From NCBI RefSeq assembly GCF_009914755.1, contig NC_060934.1: 64,000 nucleotides of DNA. One strand, written 5' to 3'. A model generated the notes under the pieces. It did not search any database. It saw only the letters and a program-made list of their open reading frames with translations, and was not told the origin of the DNA. The translations under genes and the position numbers were made by a program. Origin of the DNA: the human T2T-CHM13v2.0 reference genome, Homo sapiens. Positions within the stretch are counted from its first letter, which is position 1. Every line of letters starts with the position of its first letter. Of the stretch, positions 45,540 to 58,985 are shown piece after piece.

Positions 45540-48500
45540 GGACTATTGCAGGATATGTATGTGTTCACCACATAGTACAGGAAATGCCAGAATATAATCT
45601 GACAACTGCTTATCCCATTATGCAAACAAATACTTAAAAATGAAACATTAAGTATACCCAGACAGAACTGTAAACATTTCTGATTCTGAATCTAAAGAAC
45701 TTATTAACCACAATTGATTATATAATGAGAACAAATTCTTACCTCTATCCGGAGAAGACATAATGACTTAAAATCAAATATTTAAGTAGTAATAATGATG
45801 CAAGTTATAGTGTAACTACATTAACCAAGTTTTACTCATTCAGGCTTTGCAATTCTGAAATGGCACAGTATTTCTTATTGCATTTGAATTGATTTTTTAA
45901 AATCTGTGGAATTTATTAAAGCAAGAATAATTCATAATAAAATCATTGTTTTCAAATGGTTTTTATGAAATGAGAATTCTGGGCTAAGCTATTCCCTTAT
46001 AGTAGTTATTGGATAAACACCATTATAGCAACAGAAACCAAAATGAAAGAAAATTTGAAAGGTAGCCATAAAACCCCATCAAGGTATGGTACTTTTGTAG
46101 TTGAAGGTTCCCTTGCTATATTTGTGTCTACAGGCAAGTATTTTACCAATAATTCCTGTAGGCAAAAATTCTGCTTCATTATAAAATGATATATTGTTAT
46201 GTAGGCCTTCCATAAGTTAAACTTTTTGTTGATATGCCTCATTTTATTTATTAATACTGATATCTTAGTTTATAAGAGATACTACTCTGGAAAGATTATA
46301 AGATGCATTTTTTTTTAAAAGAGTCCCCCAAAAGCAAACCTCTCCTAGTTTCTAAAAAGTAGTGAGGCTTTGTTATGTTTTAAAATATGCTTACTTTTGA
46401 ACTTTGTTATTTATTTTACTTCACCTCCTTTTATTTTATTTTTTGTAGAGACAGGGTATCACTATGTTGCCCAAGCTAGTTTTGAACTATTGTGCCTCAT
46501 TTTATTTTAATTCAGAAGCAATATATAAATATGTTTTTGTTGTAAAAAATTGAAAAAATATAGTTTGAAATTCTTTATGATTTCTTCTACCCAAAAACCT
46601 TCATTTCCCTAGTTATAACTTTTAAGCATTTAATAGCTATCCTTTCAGTACAAATGAGACAGTCTTATATTCAACGGCTCTGAATTCCTTTTAATACAGT
46701 GAATATGACTTGGAGCATTTTCAAAGTGATATATGAAAGCTTGGCCATCTCTTATGTAAAGGCTGCATGCTATTCTATAGCTCAGATGTTCCTGGGTTAT
46801 TCTTCATTTCCATCTTGATTGATCATATGCATGCAATTTTGCATGTTTTCAAACAATGTGGTACTAAACATTCTTATACATTTCTTTATGTGTTCATATA
46901 AGTTTTGCTAATGGGTCTTTCACTTCAACAGGTGATACATATTGCTAATTGCCTTCCAATAGTCTCTGCCATATTATACTCCTACTATCAGTGTTTGAGC
47001 AGGTAGTCAATTCCTTGCATTTTTCCTAGTGGTAATAATACCAATCTTTAATTTTCAAAAAATGAATAGGTGAAAATAGTTCACATATTGTTTTTATTCA
47101 CTTTTCATTGCTTATTAATAAAGTAAACTTTCTTTAAAGTGCTTATTGTCCATTCATATTCCTTTTCTGGAATACACAATCTTTTTCTACCAGGAACCAA
47201 TACGCAGTCCTTACTATAGTATCAGATTGTCTGATGATATTTATCTAGATCTCACAATCCTATTTTTAATAATAATAGTAGCCTTCTTCAAAGAGGGCTT
47301 CCTGTTTCAGAATCACCAAAATGCTTATGTAAAGTGTAAATTCCAGAGTTTCTGGGTGAGTCATAATACCTGGGTGTGAGGACAGGAAATCTGCCTTTTA
47401 AGTAAATCCCTCAGAAAATTCTATGAACACTATGTTCATGAGGAGTAAATTAGACATGCTTTGGATTTTCTTTTTTTAAACAAAATAAAAAAGCAAAGTG
47501 AAGAATATGTTGGGTTAAAGAAGACATAAATTCTTTAGTTTCCATGGGAAAAAAACTGACACAAATTAAACTTAATGATATTCATAAGATCTCTGCAAGT
47601 GGCAAACAAGTTGGATACTTTAAAATGTACATTTAAAAATGTTATAATAGCTTACCTCCTGTAAGAGCTGCTCAAGTAATTGCTATTTGTTTTCATAATT
47701 AATAGGAACATTCTAATCTCACAGATGATCTTTCTTTTTTTTTCCAAAAAAAAAAGTTGTCTGTGCAGCATGCTCATTGCTAGCAGGATTTCCATCTATG
47801 GAAAAGAGGTCCTGGGAAGGCAGGAAGGGGCACTGAGATCTGCATCCATGATGAGATGACATGCTCTGGCCCAGACAGACAAGAAAGGAGAGCTGGGGGA
47901 CATCTGCTTAGCAGAGACATCACTGAGGAACAAGAGCCAGAGGGAGTGGACAGGGGAGACAGGATGAAGCAGGAGACACTAAGAAAACATCATTACAAAG
48001 CGAAAACAAACAAACAAATAAACAAACAAGCTGGGAATGGTAGAGAAAGAAGTGGTAAGGAAAATACATTAACAGTACATTAAATATTTTCTTAATGCTA
48101 AATAGTTAGTTCCCAGGTAAATAATTTTATAATTATGGACCCTTCATTGTGATTGGGTTCTGTAATTTTTGAACACTTTTGTAACATCTGACACTTATTT
48201 GTATTTGTTTCATTTCTTGCATGACGGTTTTGTGCACTCTTGGTAAGTCATTATTTTTATTATTACAGATATTTTTACTTTATCCTAGAAATTAAACTCT
48301 GACATTTCAAAAAGTTGGAACAAGCTTTTGAAATAAAAGTGGCTTCTGATAAATGATTCACTGCTGACATTATTATAATCTTACAGTGATTTCATTTCCT
48401 AGTCCTTATTACTTTAAATGTATTTCCCAATGACTCAGGTATGATGAATGCCCTGAATATATTCAATAGAAAATATTTACTAACTGATTGTTTCGAATAA

Positions 48501-48715
48501 ATTGTTAAGTCACCATCTTTAAGGTATTATATGAACTGTGAGAAGGCTTTAATTACTATAATCAGTATTTTTTAAAATAACTGGCACTTACAGAAATAAT
48601 CTGCTGATTCTCATATTCAGCTCACCTTTAAGCTTTTATCTCCCTTCCAAAATAGGAAGCAACAACTCTTAGATATGATATAGGATACTAGAAGTATGGT
48701 TAGAAGCAGGATGTG

Positions 48716-49061
<346 letters not shown>

Positions 49062-50019
49062 TTATGATTTCTCAGGATTTTTTTTGAGAAATACCACAAT
49101 GAAACATATTTTTTTTTTATTGAAGAGGTCTTGTTGGTCAGGCCACACATATGCGTATAAACTTAAGGAAGTTCACAGATTATAATTGCATCCACTTATT
49201 ACTTCACAGCTATAAGAATGTCTCCAAAATATGTATTGATTCTCTTACTGTTTCTTGAATTTCTATGATGTAAGTATGTTTAGTGATGACCTTGAACTTC
49301 TAATTATAGGCTGCAATCTTGATTGTTATTTGGCCTTCATTATTTGTTTATAAAATAAAAGCTGCTAAATTGCCTTCAAATGCTTCCAAGTTAAAAGCAT
49401 TTTAATGGATATTACCTATTCCTGGATTTAAGGCCTAAACCAAAACTAGCTACTCTAAAATTTATTTGTTAATTCTCCCTATAATTTTTACTTTATAAGA
49501 GCTCATACTAATTCCTATATTATCGTGAAAAATAATTCTCTTCAACTAAAACCAAAGACAGTTTATGGATAACTCTTTGTTATGTAATAAAGGGAAAATA
49601 ATAGGAAAAATTATAACTGTAATTAACTCCTTGTGGTCTACTCCATCTCACTAAATCGAAGAGTGAAAATTGGAACTTGGAGGAACATACAACGGTGGTA
49701 ATGTAATTGGAAAATCCTCCTATATGGTGTAGCAGAATAAAACACCAGCTCAGATGTTATGGAGACACAAGTTCAAATCTTGGTTCCACTTATGGTGCTT
49801 TGTGCAGCGTTTTATTAGCTGCAAAGAAGGAGGAGGAGGAACCTACCTGGCATGATTACTGTATGGAATACATAACAATTATATAATTTAAATATCAATC
49901 TGATTACTATTTTTGCACCATAATCATGCTGATAGTGATTATAACCACTGATCATTATGGGTTTCCTATGAATAAGGTACATATAGCATTGCTTAAATTG
50001 CTGAATTGACATTTTTACA

Positions 50020-50210
50020 TTGCATTCTTATGACTGTGCTATAAAGAAGATACTCTTTATTGGCTCCATTTTACAGATGAGGATATTGAATCTCAGAGAT
50101 ATCAAGCAAATTGCTCAAGCCCCACAGCATGAAAGTGGTAGAAACAGAATTCAGGTATAAGCATTGTGAGTCCAAAGACTGAGCTCTTAAGAGTTAAACT
50201 ACACTGCCTC
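50020..50210 (-). mobile_element. MIR
   Basis: ccattttacagatgagga...ttgctcaagcccacagc. Confidence 0.7.
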
Positions 50211-51877
50211 CTTTATTTAATTGCAAAGATCACAAGCATGTGCTTAACACAGCAGCTAAGCGAGAAGTTGATTAAGTGAGGAGCCTCAGCAGTGTAGGAT
50301 GAATGGATGAGAGTGAAAATAATCTAAGAGGTGGAAGATCATTTAGGAGGCCATTGCAAATGCTGGAGCAGAGAGTCTGAGCTAGGAAATGAAATGATTT
50401 TAAAGACATTTTATTGAAATTGTATCGCCTTAGAGTTGGTTGGCTGCCTATGCCACAAGACTGAAGAGAATGGGTACTTAAGTCCATGGTACACTTTATT
50501 TGTACCTATCAATGTAACACCCATTGGAGAGTGCAAGGAAGGAGGCTGGAGGGAGAGGAGGAAAGAGAGGAATGGAGAGAGCTGCCAAAAGTTTAGAAAA
50601 TAAAGTTCCTGCCCTTCACATGGCTTAACATTTCATTGAAGAATCAGTGGACAGAGATTGGAACATGTGAAATGATTGGAGAACAATTGAAGATCACTGG
50701 GAATTGCGTGAGACCTCGGCAAAAGGAGAAAACAAAGATAGACAGGTAAGGGGTGGGAAGCCCGGGAATTATGGAATGATAACACTAAAAAGCCCTCAAG
50801 ACCTGTAATGTAATCCGCTCAGATTGTGGATCACTGAGACTGAATACCAACCAAATCCTAGGGTTTCAAAGCCTCTGCCTGCCTTGTCTCTAGTATCTTC
50901 TCTTCCCTGCTTTGCCTTTTGACCTACCATAGTCTGTTCACAAACACAAATTAATTTTATCACTGTTTGAAGAAACCTCTGGGTAAAACAAGCTTTTTGT
51001 TTTAAAATGATCCAGCTGCTTGGCATTTTGAAGGCTGCTTTAGTGTTTTCCAGGTGTACTCTGTATTGGCAGACCATCGCCAGTGAGGCTCTTTGAGAAT
51101 CACCAGAGGAGCTTGGCTCACACGAACATTCCTGGTCCTTGTTTTAGTTAAAGCACTAGTATGTAGTCTGCCTGCCAGGACTCAAACCCAGCTCTACCTT
51201 CTGCTAGCTGTGTGAACTCACTATGTGTTCATTTCCTTGGTAAATAGGAACAATGGATAGTACATGTCTTTATAGGGTTTAGGGACAGGACAAAATGAGA
51301 CAATACCTAAATACAAGGGGTATTAGCAGAATTCTTGGCACATAGTTAAGAATCACTAATTATTATAATTAATTTCTAAAGTGCCAAGGATATTGCTAAC
51401 AGCATATTTTGTAATTGAAAATTTCCAGTGCAACTGCTGGGAAAAAAGTTGAGAACTGCTGCTGTGATACCTCTTTTCACAGATGCAGATCATGTCCAGG
51501 ACTCCCAGGCTCCAGGCTTTGCTCTGCCTAAGCTTGTTCAGTCTCCTCTCCAGCTTCCATGCTACTCTTGGGCTGTGCTAGTATCCTATCCATCCTACCA
51601 GGTCCAGCTGGATGGATGCTCTAGTGCCAGGCTGGTATTTTCCAAAGTGCAGTCTACCACAAGACCCTTTTGTTTATTGAAATAAGCATTTGTACAACTG
51701 TCCTAGCATAAATGGCACCAATAAAATGAAATGTCATGGAGAATCAGAAATACCTTTTTTTAGATTCAAGGTAACTAAATCTGTCTAAACAGTATTTTGC
51801 TAAAATGCTAAAATCAGTGATCCATGAAAATGAATGCAGCTTCTAAGCTGTGCTTTGCTGCTTGTTATGTTTTAAAA

Positions 51878-52222
51878 CAAGAGTTGGTGAACTTTTTCTA
51901 TAAAGGGACACATAAATATGTAGGTTTTGCAGGCCATAATCTGTTGCAGCTACTTTACTCTGCTGTTGTAGTACAAAAGCAGCCATAGACAATGCATAAA
52001 CAAATGAGTTTAGCTCATTAGTATTGGAGTTTAGCTTTGTTCCAATAGAATTTTATGGACACTGAAATTGAAATTTGTATAATTTTCACATGTAATGAAA
52101 TATTTTTCTTTTGATCTTTTTTGGTCGTTTAAAATTGTAAAAGCCACCCTTTGCTCAGAGGCTGTACAAAAGCAGGGGGTGGGGTGGATTTGGCTTGCAG
52201 GTTGTGGATTGCCAGCTCCTAT
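51878..52222. mobile_element. MER58B-like hAT element
   Basis: gttggtgaactttttctataaaggg...aaagcagccatagacaat...ggatttggc. Confidence 0.7.
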
Positions 52223-52329
52223 TCTAAAAATTATTCATTTTTAATTCTAGGAAGACAGGTTGACTAGACGGCAGCATATGACAAAGTCTGGCCACAATAT
52301 ACAGTGCGATTGTCAGCATTAAGCCAGCT

Positions 52330-52812
52330 TGTACGCCGGTGTTCATAGCACCATTATTCATAGTAGCAAGAAGCTGGAAGCAACCCAGTGACCATCAACA
52401 AATGAATGGATAAACAAAACATAGTATACACACACAATGGAATATTATTTAGACTTAAAAAAGGAAATTCTGACACACACAACAACATGGATGAACCTTA
52501 AGGACATCCAAGAACCTAAGTGAAATAAGCCAGTCACAAAAAACCAAATACTGTACAATTCTAATTATATAAAGTACCTAGAGTGGTTAAATTCATAGAG
52601 ACAGAAAGTGGAATGGTGATTGCCAGGGGCTGGGAGGGAGGGAGAATAAGGAGTTGATATTTAATGAGTATAGAGTTTTAGTTTTACAAGATAGAATTCT
52701 AGAGATTGGTTACACAACAATATGGGTGTACTTAGCTTTATAGAACTGTACAGATGAAAAATGGTTAAGATGGTGAATTTTATGTTTGACTACATTCAAA
52801 ATATTTTTTTTT
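52330..52812 (+). mobile_element. L1MB-type 3' fragment
   Basis: gttcatagcaccattattc...gaatggataaacaaa...gttaagatggtgaattttatg. Confidence 0.8.
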
Positions 52813-53029
52813 TAAAAAATAGGCAGCTTAGTATTTTACACACTTTAAATTACACATTCTATCCAAACTGTGCATATTGATAATTGTTACTTCTCACTAT
52901 CTCTTTTTAGCCACATTGCTGAAGTAAATTACACTGTTCAGTCCAAAAAGTGCTTTCTAAAACCACCTATACGTGCCAAGGTATCACTTGGAAAGTATGA
53001 ATACAAGCATGATTAAAATGCAGTTCCCA

Positions 53030-53395
53030 CCTGTGATAGGTTAATTTATGGGCCCCAATTCATCATTCTCCTGTAGTAGTAGTATAAATTCACACCCTTG
53101 TCATGGCTTATGGCAAGTTGAGTATAATTCCTTACTCCCTAGCTTTGGGCTTGCCCATGTGACTGGCAGTGGCTTATGGGATGTTGGTGGACTTGAGGAC
53201 ATTGGAGGCTTAAAAAAATGTGCTTGTATTTCTGCCATTGCCAGAAAAATATTTCAGAATGAGACAAATGGAGCAGACACAACTGGACTAGAAGCCAAAA
53301 GCCCTGCCCAACCCAGACTAGCCAAGGTTTGCAAAACCCCAATCCATCCACAAACCCTTGAAGATGAAAATGAATGATGTGTTCTTTAAAGCAGT
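53030..53395 (+). mobile_element. MLT1 LTR fragment
   Basis: tgtgataggtta...ggccccaattc...tttgggcttgcccatgtgact. Confidence 0.55.
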
Positions 53396-53545
53396 ACAAA
53401 ATTATTATAGTTAGAGGAAAGTGATTTATAGATTATCTTTCAGAAGCATATAGATTAATGTAGGTTCATGGAAATGATTCTATTCTCTTCTCCTAAACTC
53501 ACCTCCAAAAAGCAGTGGTTCTCAAACTTTAGCAAACATAAGAAT

Positions 53546-54124
53546 AATTTGATGTTGAGCATTCTTCCATACGTTCATTGGCCACTTGTATGTCTTCTTT
53601 TGAGAAGTATCTCCTCATGACCTTTGTCTATTTTTAGTGAGGTTATTTGATTTTGCTTAGTGAGGTTATTTGATTTTGCTTATTGAATTAAGTTTCTTAT
53701 AGATTCTGGATGTTAGACCTTTGTCAGATGCACAGTTTGTGAATATTTTCTCCTATAGGGTGTATGTTTACCATTCTGATAGTTTTTTTTGCTGTGCAGA
53801 ATCTCTAGTTTAATTAGGTCCCACTTGTCAATTTTTGTTTTCGTAGCAATTCCTTTTGAGGACTTAGCCATAAATTATTTGCCCAAGCTGAAATCCAGAA
53901 TGGTATTTCCTAGTAAAGATGGGAATGATAAACACAGGGGACTACTAGATGGGGAAGAGAGTAGGGAGGGTAAGGGCTGAAAAACACGGCTAAGAACTAT
54001 TGGATGCTAAGCTGGGTAAAGGGATAAACCATACTCCAAACCTTAGCATCATGCAATATATCTATGTAACAAATTTGCACATGCACCCCTGAATCCAAAA
54101 TAAAAGTTGAAATAATAAAAAAAA
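53546..54124. mobile_element. Old L1PA15/16-like element with inversion (53546-53912 minus; 53913-54124 plus with poly-A), inserted into a MER5
   Basis: Antisense ORF2 sequence abuts a sense 3'UTR ending aaaataaaagttgaaataat; MER5 halves at ~53513-53545 and ~54125-54255. Confidence 0.75.
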
Positions 54125-55267
54125 GAATTGAGAAGCATGTTAAAATTCTGGATTCTCAGGGACCATTTCCAAAGATTCCGACGTAGTAGGCATGGAATAG
54201 ATGCCAGAAATCTGCACTTTTGTAAGCACCCAAAACAATTCTGATGCAGGAGAACCTAGGTTTGTAATAGTTTTAATTTGTTCTCGTGTATTAGTGAGGG
54301 AGAAAGATTTTTGCATGCAAAATCTCACAAGGATGAGAGAGAGTTGATAACAGAAATGCAAAAGAAAACAACATCTGTATTAAAAAATCTGTATGTAATC
54401 TCTGAAACTAGGCAAAGTGATCCCCTACCCAGTAAGGTCTGAGAAAATCATGGACACACCAAAGTAGCTCCACAACTCACCTCCTTTGCCTTCTGCTGAC
54501 CTGAACTTGTCCAGTGGAGTCATTCCTCTAGAGCAGATGGAAGTCCATCTTAATTCCTTCTGTTATTAACACAGTCCTGGGCTCTCAGCAGATCAGAAGT
54601 GACTTTCTAAATTCCTCTATAGCTGATATTTCCCCCTCCAGACTTTCCCCTTCCTATTTAGCCTACCTGTCTACTGCCAATCTCCTCATATAACTCTTCT
54701 GCCTGAGTATCTACAGTCTCTATTCACCAATTCTTTGGTGTGATAGCCAATACTTATTTAAAATTCTTTATGTTATTTTGTATGACAAAGCAAATGCATT
54801 GTTAAGGCTATCACCTCACTGTCACTCAAGTTAGAGGGCTTTTCCATTTCATCACAAGCTTGATTACTTCCATAACACCTTGTATGATAACTGTCTTATT
54901 CCTGACCACTCACCACTTTACTATATTTAGCTTAGGTTCTATTTAGCAGTTTCTCAAATACCATATTTTTCCAAATTGGAAAAGTACACTTACATTTGTT
55001 TGATGTCTTCTACTAGAACTAGAATATCTTTGATTGCACAGTACTTGGTGAACCAAATTGAATTATAGCATGAAGTTAAAACATATAATGATGGAAATAA
55101 TAACATCAGCACAAAATAAGAAAAACTGAAAGTTAATTGAGAACTTTCTATGCTCTGGGAAGTATGCTAAGAACTTAATTGCACTTTATGTTTTATTTAA
55201 TCCTCACAACAACCAAAGAAGAAAGTATTCATAGTATCTCCATTTGACAAATGATAAAACAGAGAGG

Positions 55268-55584
55268 GGCTGGGCATGGTGACTCATGCCTGTAATCCTA
55301 GCACTTTGGGAGGCCAAGGCGGATCACCTGAGGTCAGGAGTTTGAGAACAGCCTGGCCAACATGGTGAAAACCCGTCTCTACTAAAAATACAAAAAATTA
55401 GCCTGTCATGGTGGCAGACACCTGTAATCCCAGCTACTCAGGAGGCTGAGACAGGAAAATCGCTAGAACCTGAGGGGCAGAGGTTGCAGTGAGCCGAGAT
55501 CACACCACTGCACTCCAGCTTGAGCTAAAGAGTGAAACTCTGTCTCAAAACAAAAAACAAAAAACAAAAACAAACAAACAAAAA
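55268..55584 (+). mobile_element. Alu (AluS-like) inserted in a MIR
   Basis: Full Alu with (CAAAA)n tail; TSD aaaacagagagg. Confidence 0.93.
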
Positions 55585-57642
55585 CAGAGAGGACAGGACT
55601 TTTCTAAGGTAACAGTGCTTACTGGTAGGAACTTAACTCCCAGAGACAGAGCAGTTAACTGTCCTTCTACCCTGCTTCCATTTGAATAGAGTTATTGGCA
55701 ATGAGGAGTTTTTCTTTTCTTTAAATCTTTCTCTCAATAAAAGGCTTTCCAAATTTCTTGTTACATTAAAAATCATGAGGAGTGCTTAAGGGTGTAAAAT
55801 TATAAAATTTGAGTGCTGGTTTTGAAACACCATTCTGCCATTTAATAACTAACATATTTTAGTCACTTAAATCCACTTCATTTACTGGTAAAAAGAAAAA
55901 AAAGATCGTAATATTACCTAACACATAGGGATGTTTTGACAATTAAAGAGGAAACTCCATGTGAAGAGTATAGGTCAGAGGCTGATGCAGTAGGCACTTT
56001 AGAAATATTTGCTAACAGGATGATGATGATGATGATGGCAATGATAACGATGACATTCTTCAGAGGTCTTCCTTCTGAAGAAGCAAAAAATTCTAGGTTA
56101 TAGTCCTTATTCTCTGGGAAAAAAATATTATGAAGACCTTTTATTTCGTATTTATTTTCCCTGTATATTTTGCAAAACTGAGAGCCCTAGGCATCATGAC
56201 TCCCTAGGATGACTTGCAGAATAAAACTGACTCAGCATCTTCAGAAATGTATGGGCTCGAACTTTCTGAATAGTAAAACATTTGGTTAACTTCTTAAATC
56301 AAGATAGATTCACATGTACATGACATTACACAAAGCAAATCCGTTCTGAGATGGAGTCTTATAACCTAGGCTGAACTATGTGTACAGTAAATTGAAGGAA
56401 ACCCTAAAACTGAAAAATGCACTAAATCTACCACCCATCTTCCTATTTTCTTCTATTCAGTATAGCAGTTCTGGTAGGTTTTTATTTTCTCACCGAAGAC
56501 TGCACTGCTCTTAAATAAACATGATTATAGCCTAGAAGAGCTACAGACTGCTTCAGATGCTAAAAATAAAATAGTTAAAATGGAGAGACTTCAATTTGAT
56601 GCGGGCTGCTCAACAATTTAACTTCTAATTGTCTTGTGGTTATTCCACAACTAGGAATTGACCATATTCCGTTTAAAGGAGATTGAAGGTCTCAGGAAAA
56701 ATAAGAAATGAAGTGGAAGTTTTCTTCCCAAATCTTGATCTCTAGAAAAATGAGCAAAAATAGTTATATTTTAATTCTAAAATAAAAATATGAAATCTTA
56801 AGTCACATCTTTGAATCTTCTCTTTTATAAAATAGCTTAGTATTCTTCTAGTCATGGAGATTAAAGCAAACAAGTTGCATATTAGCAATGATGTTTCAAC
56901 TAAAACATTTGCCTCTTATTGAGAATGACAGAAGCAAATAGTTCTTAATAAAATAAAATTCATCTCAAGTTCTTTTTTAGTTTCCATTTCAATTGTGAAA
57001 AATTCTTAATGCCATAGGCATTAACGTGATAATTTTCTAACTTTCTTTTATAGCCTTAGAAACATGCCATTGCTTTATAAAATAAAACAAATTTTGAGTA
57101 TTTGTGATTCTTTTGGCTTGTGATATTGAATTGAAAATAATGAATCATTTGATAATTCAGTGTGAAGGCAAGTAAATTGTTTTTCATGTCGTGGTGAAAA
57201 GGCTATTTTAAAAACATTCATGTGAACAGTATAGAATAAATATACACATTTATGAAAAATATAATTATATATATTTATAGTCTCACCACCCCCAGACCTA
57301 AATCCATAGTTATTTAGATTTTCATAACATTTAGATATTATTAGCAGCCCAATCCCAAGTACACTGAAATAAAGTCTAGATTATTGGGTGGATAGTGCAA
57401 AGTGAATTTAGCAACTGAAGTGAACAATCTAGTTCTCAACCATGATAAAATAGTTCTCCATAACATATTTTACTGACCTCAGTTTCTTTATATGGATTTT
57501 TTTCCTCTCCCTACTCCTTACACATTAGTATCTCTTCGGGCTTTATTCTTGTCTGTTTCCTCAACTCTCACTTTACCTGCTTTCTTTGGGCAATTTCATC
57601 TTTGCACTTAGTTTTTACTACACCTACACACATTCTAATATT

Positions 57643-57890
57643 GTGTGTGTGCATTCAATATATATACACCTAAACATATGCACATAGGCATATTATATAT
57701 GTGTGGGTGCATAAATATGTATATATCTATAGATTTGGGGGTGTATATGTATGTGTGTGTGTATATATATATGTATATATATCTTCATATTTATATGTGT
57801 GCGTGTATATATGTATATAGTATATATATCTTCATATTTATGTGTGTGTGTATGTATATACTATATACATACACACACACATAAATATGA
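57643..57890. repeat. (TA/TG/CA)-rich low-complexity repeat
   Basis: Directly visible. Confidence 0.85.
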
Positions 57891-58627
57891 AGATATAGAG
57901 GTACATAAATATGAAGACAGAGAGAGCCTTAATGTCATCCTGCGATGATAAACTCTTTTCATTCAGCAGATAGATGTTCAAAGCCTATACATTAAACACT
58001 GAACTTGAAATATAATTTTCTAAATTGCTTTTCTTCCTATTATTTTATTTTTTAATTTATGGCACCCATCCAGCCAACAAATTAAAAAAATTAGGATTTA
58101 ATCAATACTCTTTCTTAATCCTTTCTTCCATCTTCATCCAATCAATTTCTTAATGACTCAAGATTTTAAATTACCTCTTTGTCTTTATTTTATTGTCATA
58201 TTTCAGGCCTTTGGCATTTTCTTTTGGATTATTGAAATAACCTTGCAATTGCAGTTCTCAGTTCCAATTTTGCCCCCTCTAGATCCAGAATCATTTTCAG
58301 CTAAAGTTTTTTTTTTTTTCCTTAAATCCTTATGTGGATACTCATTTCCTATAGAAATCTAAAAATACATCTAGTTTAAAAAGATTAACATATAGATTGT
58401 TTTTTGGGCAGCACTACCTTTCTCTAGTCTAATTTCCAACCCACCATTCATTCCTCTATTTTATTTTATTCTGGAAAATACTGAGATAATCCAATACAGC
58501 AAACTCGGAAAGTTTCCCTGGCTTCTCTCACACTGTTCCATCAGCCTAGAGTGGCTTTTCACCATTAGTTGCCTAGGTAAGCCCCCTATTTACCCTTCAA
58601 AACTATATTCATGCCTGCCTCAGTGAA

Positions 58628-58944
58628 TCACCCTTGTAACCCCAGCACTTGGGAGGCTGAGACAGGAGGATCACTTGAGGTCAGGAGTTCGAGACCAGCC
58701 TGGCCAACGTGGTGAAACCCTGTCTCTAATAAAAACATAAAAATTAGCCGGGCTTGGTGGTGCATAACAGTATTCCCAGCTACTTGGGCGGTTGCGGCAG
58801 GAGAATAGCTGGAACCCAGGAGGCAGAGGTTGCAGTGATCCCAGATTGCGCAGCTGCACTCCAGTCTGGGCAACAGAGTGAGACGCTGTCCGCACCTATC
58901 CCCCGCCCCCCACCCCCCAAAAAAAAAACAAAAAAAAAACAAAA
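58628..58944 (+). mobile_element. Alu (diverged AluS-like) with a C-rich insertion before the tail
   Basis: Alu motifs; ccccgcccccaccccccc then A-rich tail. Confidence 0.9.
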
Positions 58945-58985
58945 CTTTATTCAGATTTTACCCTACTTGAGAAGTGTTTGCTGAG

